In this document: positions 62,772 through 64,000 of the stretch, piece by piece
How the letters are laid out: every line of letters begins with the position of its first letter
Position numbering within the stretch: position 1 is the first letter of the stretch
Origin: Balanoglossus misakiensis
Lineage: Eukaryota; Animalia; Hemichordata
Length of the DNA: 64,000 bases
Assembly (NCBI GenBank): GCA_040954595.2
Contig: CM082588.2
Location: forward strand, 12,413,398-12,477,397
Direction: 5' to 3'
The notes under the pieces: model-generated
Told to the model about the DNA's origin: nothing
Seen by the model: the letters and a program-made list of their open reading frames with translations, nothing else
Databases searched by the model: none
Program-made: the position numbers and the translations under genes

Positions 62772-64000
62772 CTAGAGGGCTCCTAAACCTCCCTAATATT
62801 TGACGTCTTCACTCCTACAGGACTGCGCAGCTGGAAGTTACAGTTCAGCATGTTCTGAAGCATGCACGCTGTGTCCAAGGGTTTCATGTGTGGAACAGCC
62901 AGCCTCTCATCACCAACACAATGCGGACAGGGATATTTTGCCAACAATGGAAGTATAGACTGTACGCCTTGTCCTGCCCTGGGTATAAGTGCCAATATGA
63001 TGGTATGTCGGAGCCAGAGGTGTGTGAAGATGGATACTACACTAATATAGAGGGTGAGTCAGCACTTAAAGTTTGGGCATTACTGTGTAATCTTTCACTT
63101 AAGGCGGACGATCATCTTATGTGCATGTGCGTAATTCTGTGCGTACAAACATTACGTCCAGTCCAAATATTCTGCCAATTTTACATCCAATGCATTCAAA
63201 TAGTGGACTGCTTCGCTTTCATCCAGTTTTCATGTGCATCGTATAAGTAGACTTTTGTTTTGTCCCGTCTTTTCACCGAATTTGCTCTTTTCCAAATCTC
63301 CGACACAGACTATGATCGTCACATTCTTGTCTGTTGTTAGAACAGCACACTGCCATATGGCATTGACTGTATACAGTTTCTGTTACCAATATCTCTGGTT
63401 TGGCATTTTCCTGTCCTCAATCTTTTGCCAGGGATTTTTGTCTCCCCAACCCGCGTGAGAATCCCACGTCTTTTAAGGTATGACTGTGACTATAAGATTC
63501 TATAAATCTCTGTTTATTTTCAGCACAAACATCATGTCCTGATTGGCCAACTGGTAACCAATGTCCAAATGGTAACACTGTGATTTTATGCTCGGCTGGT
63601 TATTACAGTTCGGCCTTGGACAAAGGATGTCTCGCTGTACCTCTTGCATAACAGGTAAACTTCTACCCACCCACCTTTATTTCCAACATCAAACATTAGG
63701 TCAGGTAATTTACTAACTGAAAAATAGGATGGGAACATTTTCCATTTCTGTATTTAAAATTTACTGATATAATATATGAATGAAAAAATGACAATTTTTT
63801 CCAAATTTGAATAGACCTCTATTTATGAAAATAATTAAAATTTGCGCCAAATTTTTACAGTGGTATTTAAAGGTTAACTTGGTGTGTTAATTCTTTGTTT
63901 GATTTACAGATCAGCCGGTGATGAACAGTGTACTATTTGTGAGCAAGGGTACGCCTGCACAGATCCCAGTGCATCGCAATTCAAGTGTACCAAGGGTTAC
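62772..64000 (+). repeat. Paralog of 42720-43357 with Cys-rich pseudo-exons at 62821-63053, 63524-63654 and 63910 to the window end
   Basis: Near-identical sequence at a ~20-kb offset; retains ~600 bp that is deleted at ~43237. Confidence 0.9.

Overview
This is eukaryotic, AT-rich, repeat-dense DNA, probably from a marine invertebrate deuterostome (hemichordate or echinoderm-like; this is inferred from the repeat and EGF styles). No prokaryotic operon, rRNA, tRNA or CRISPR array is visible. The window is a decaying tandem array of a multi-exon host gene segment with Cys-rich GCC2/GCC3-like exons and 8-Cys EGF exons on the + strand. It includes a recent large duplication (2914-18408 vs 18409-41558) bounded by three hAT-like MITEs, and older paralogous blocks at ~54770-60015 and ~62772-64000. 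Transposons present are two unrelated tyrosine-recombinase (Ngaro/DIRS-type) retrotransposon families, a truncated Tc1, Gypsy gag remnants, an L2-like LINE 3' end, Kolobok/KolobokP-like pieces, Helentron-like HINEs and several MITEs. The most notable signal is that both YR retrotransposon families share one expression layout. The gag stop is in frame with an ATG-less pol, suggesting readthrough (TAG-G and TGA-CTA). A phase-1 GT-AG intron would splice the Gag N-terminus onto the ATG-less recombinase ORF.
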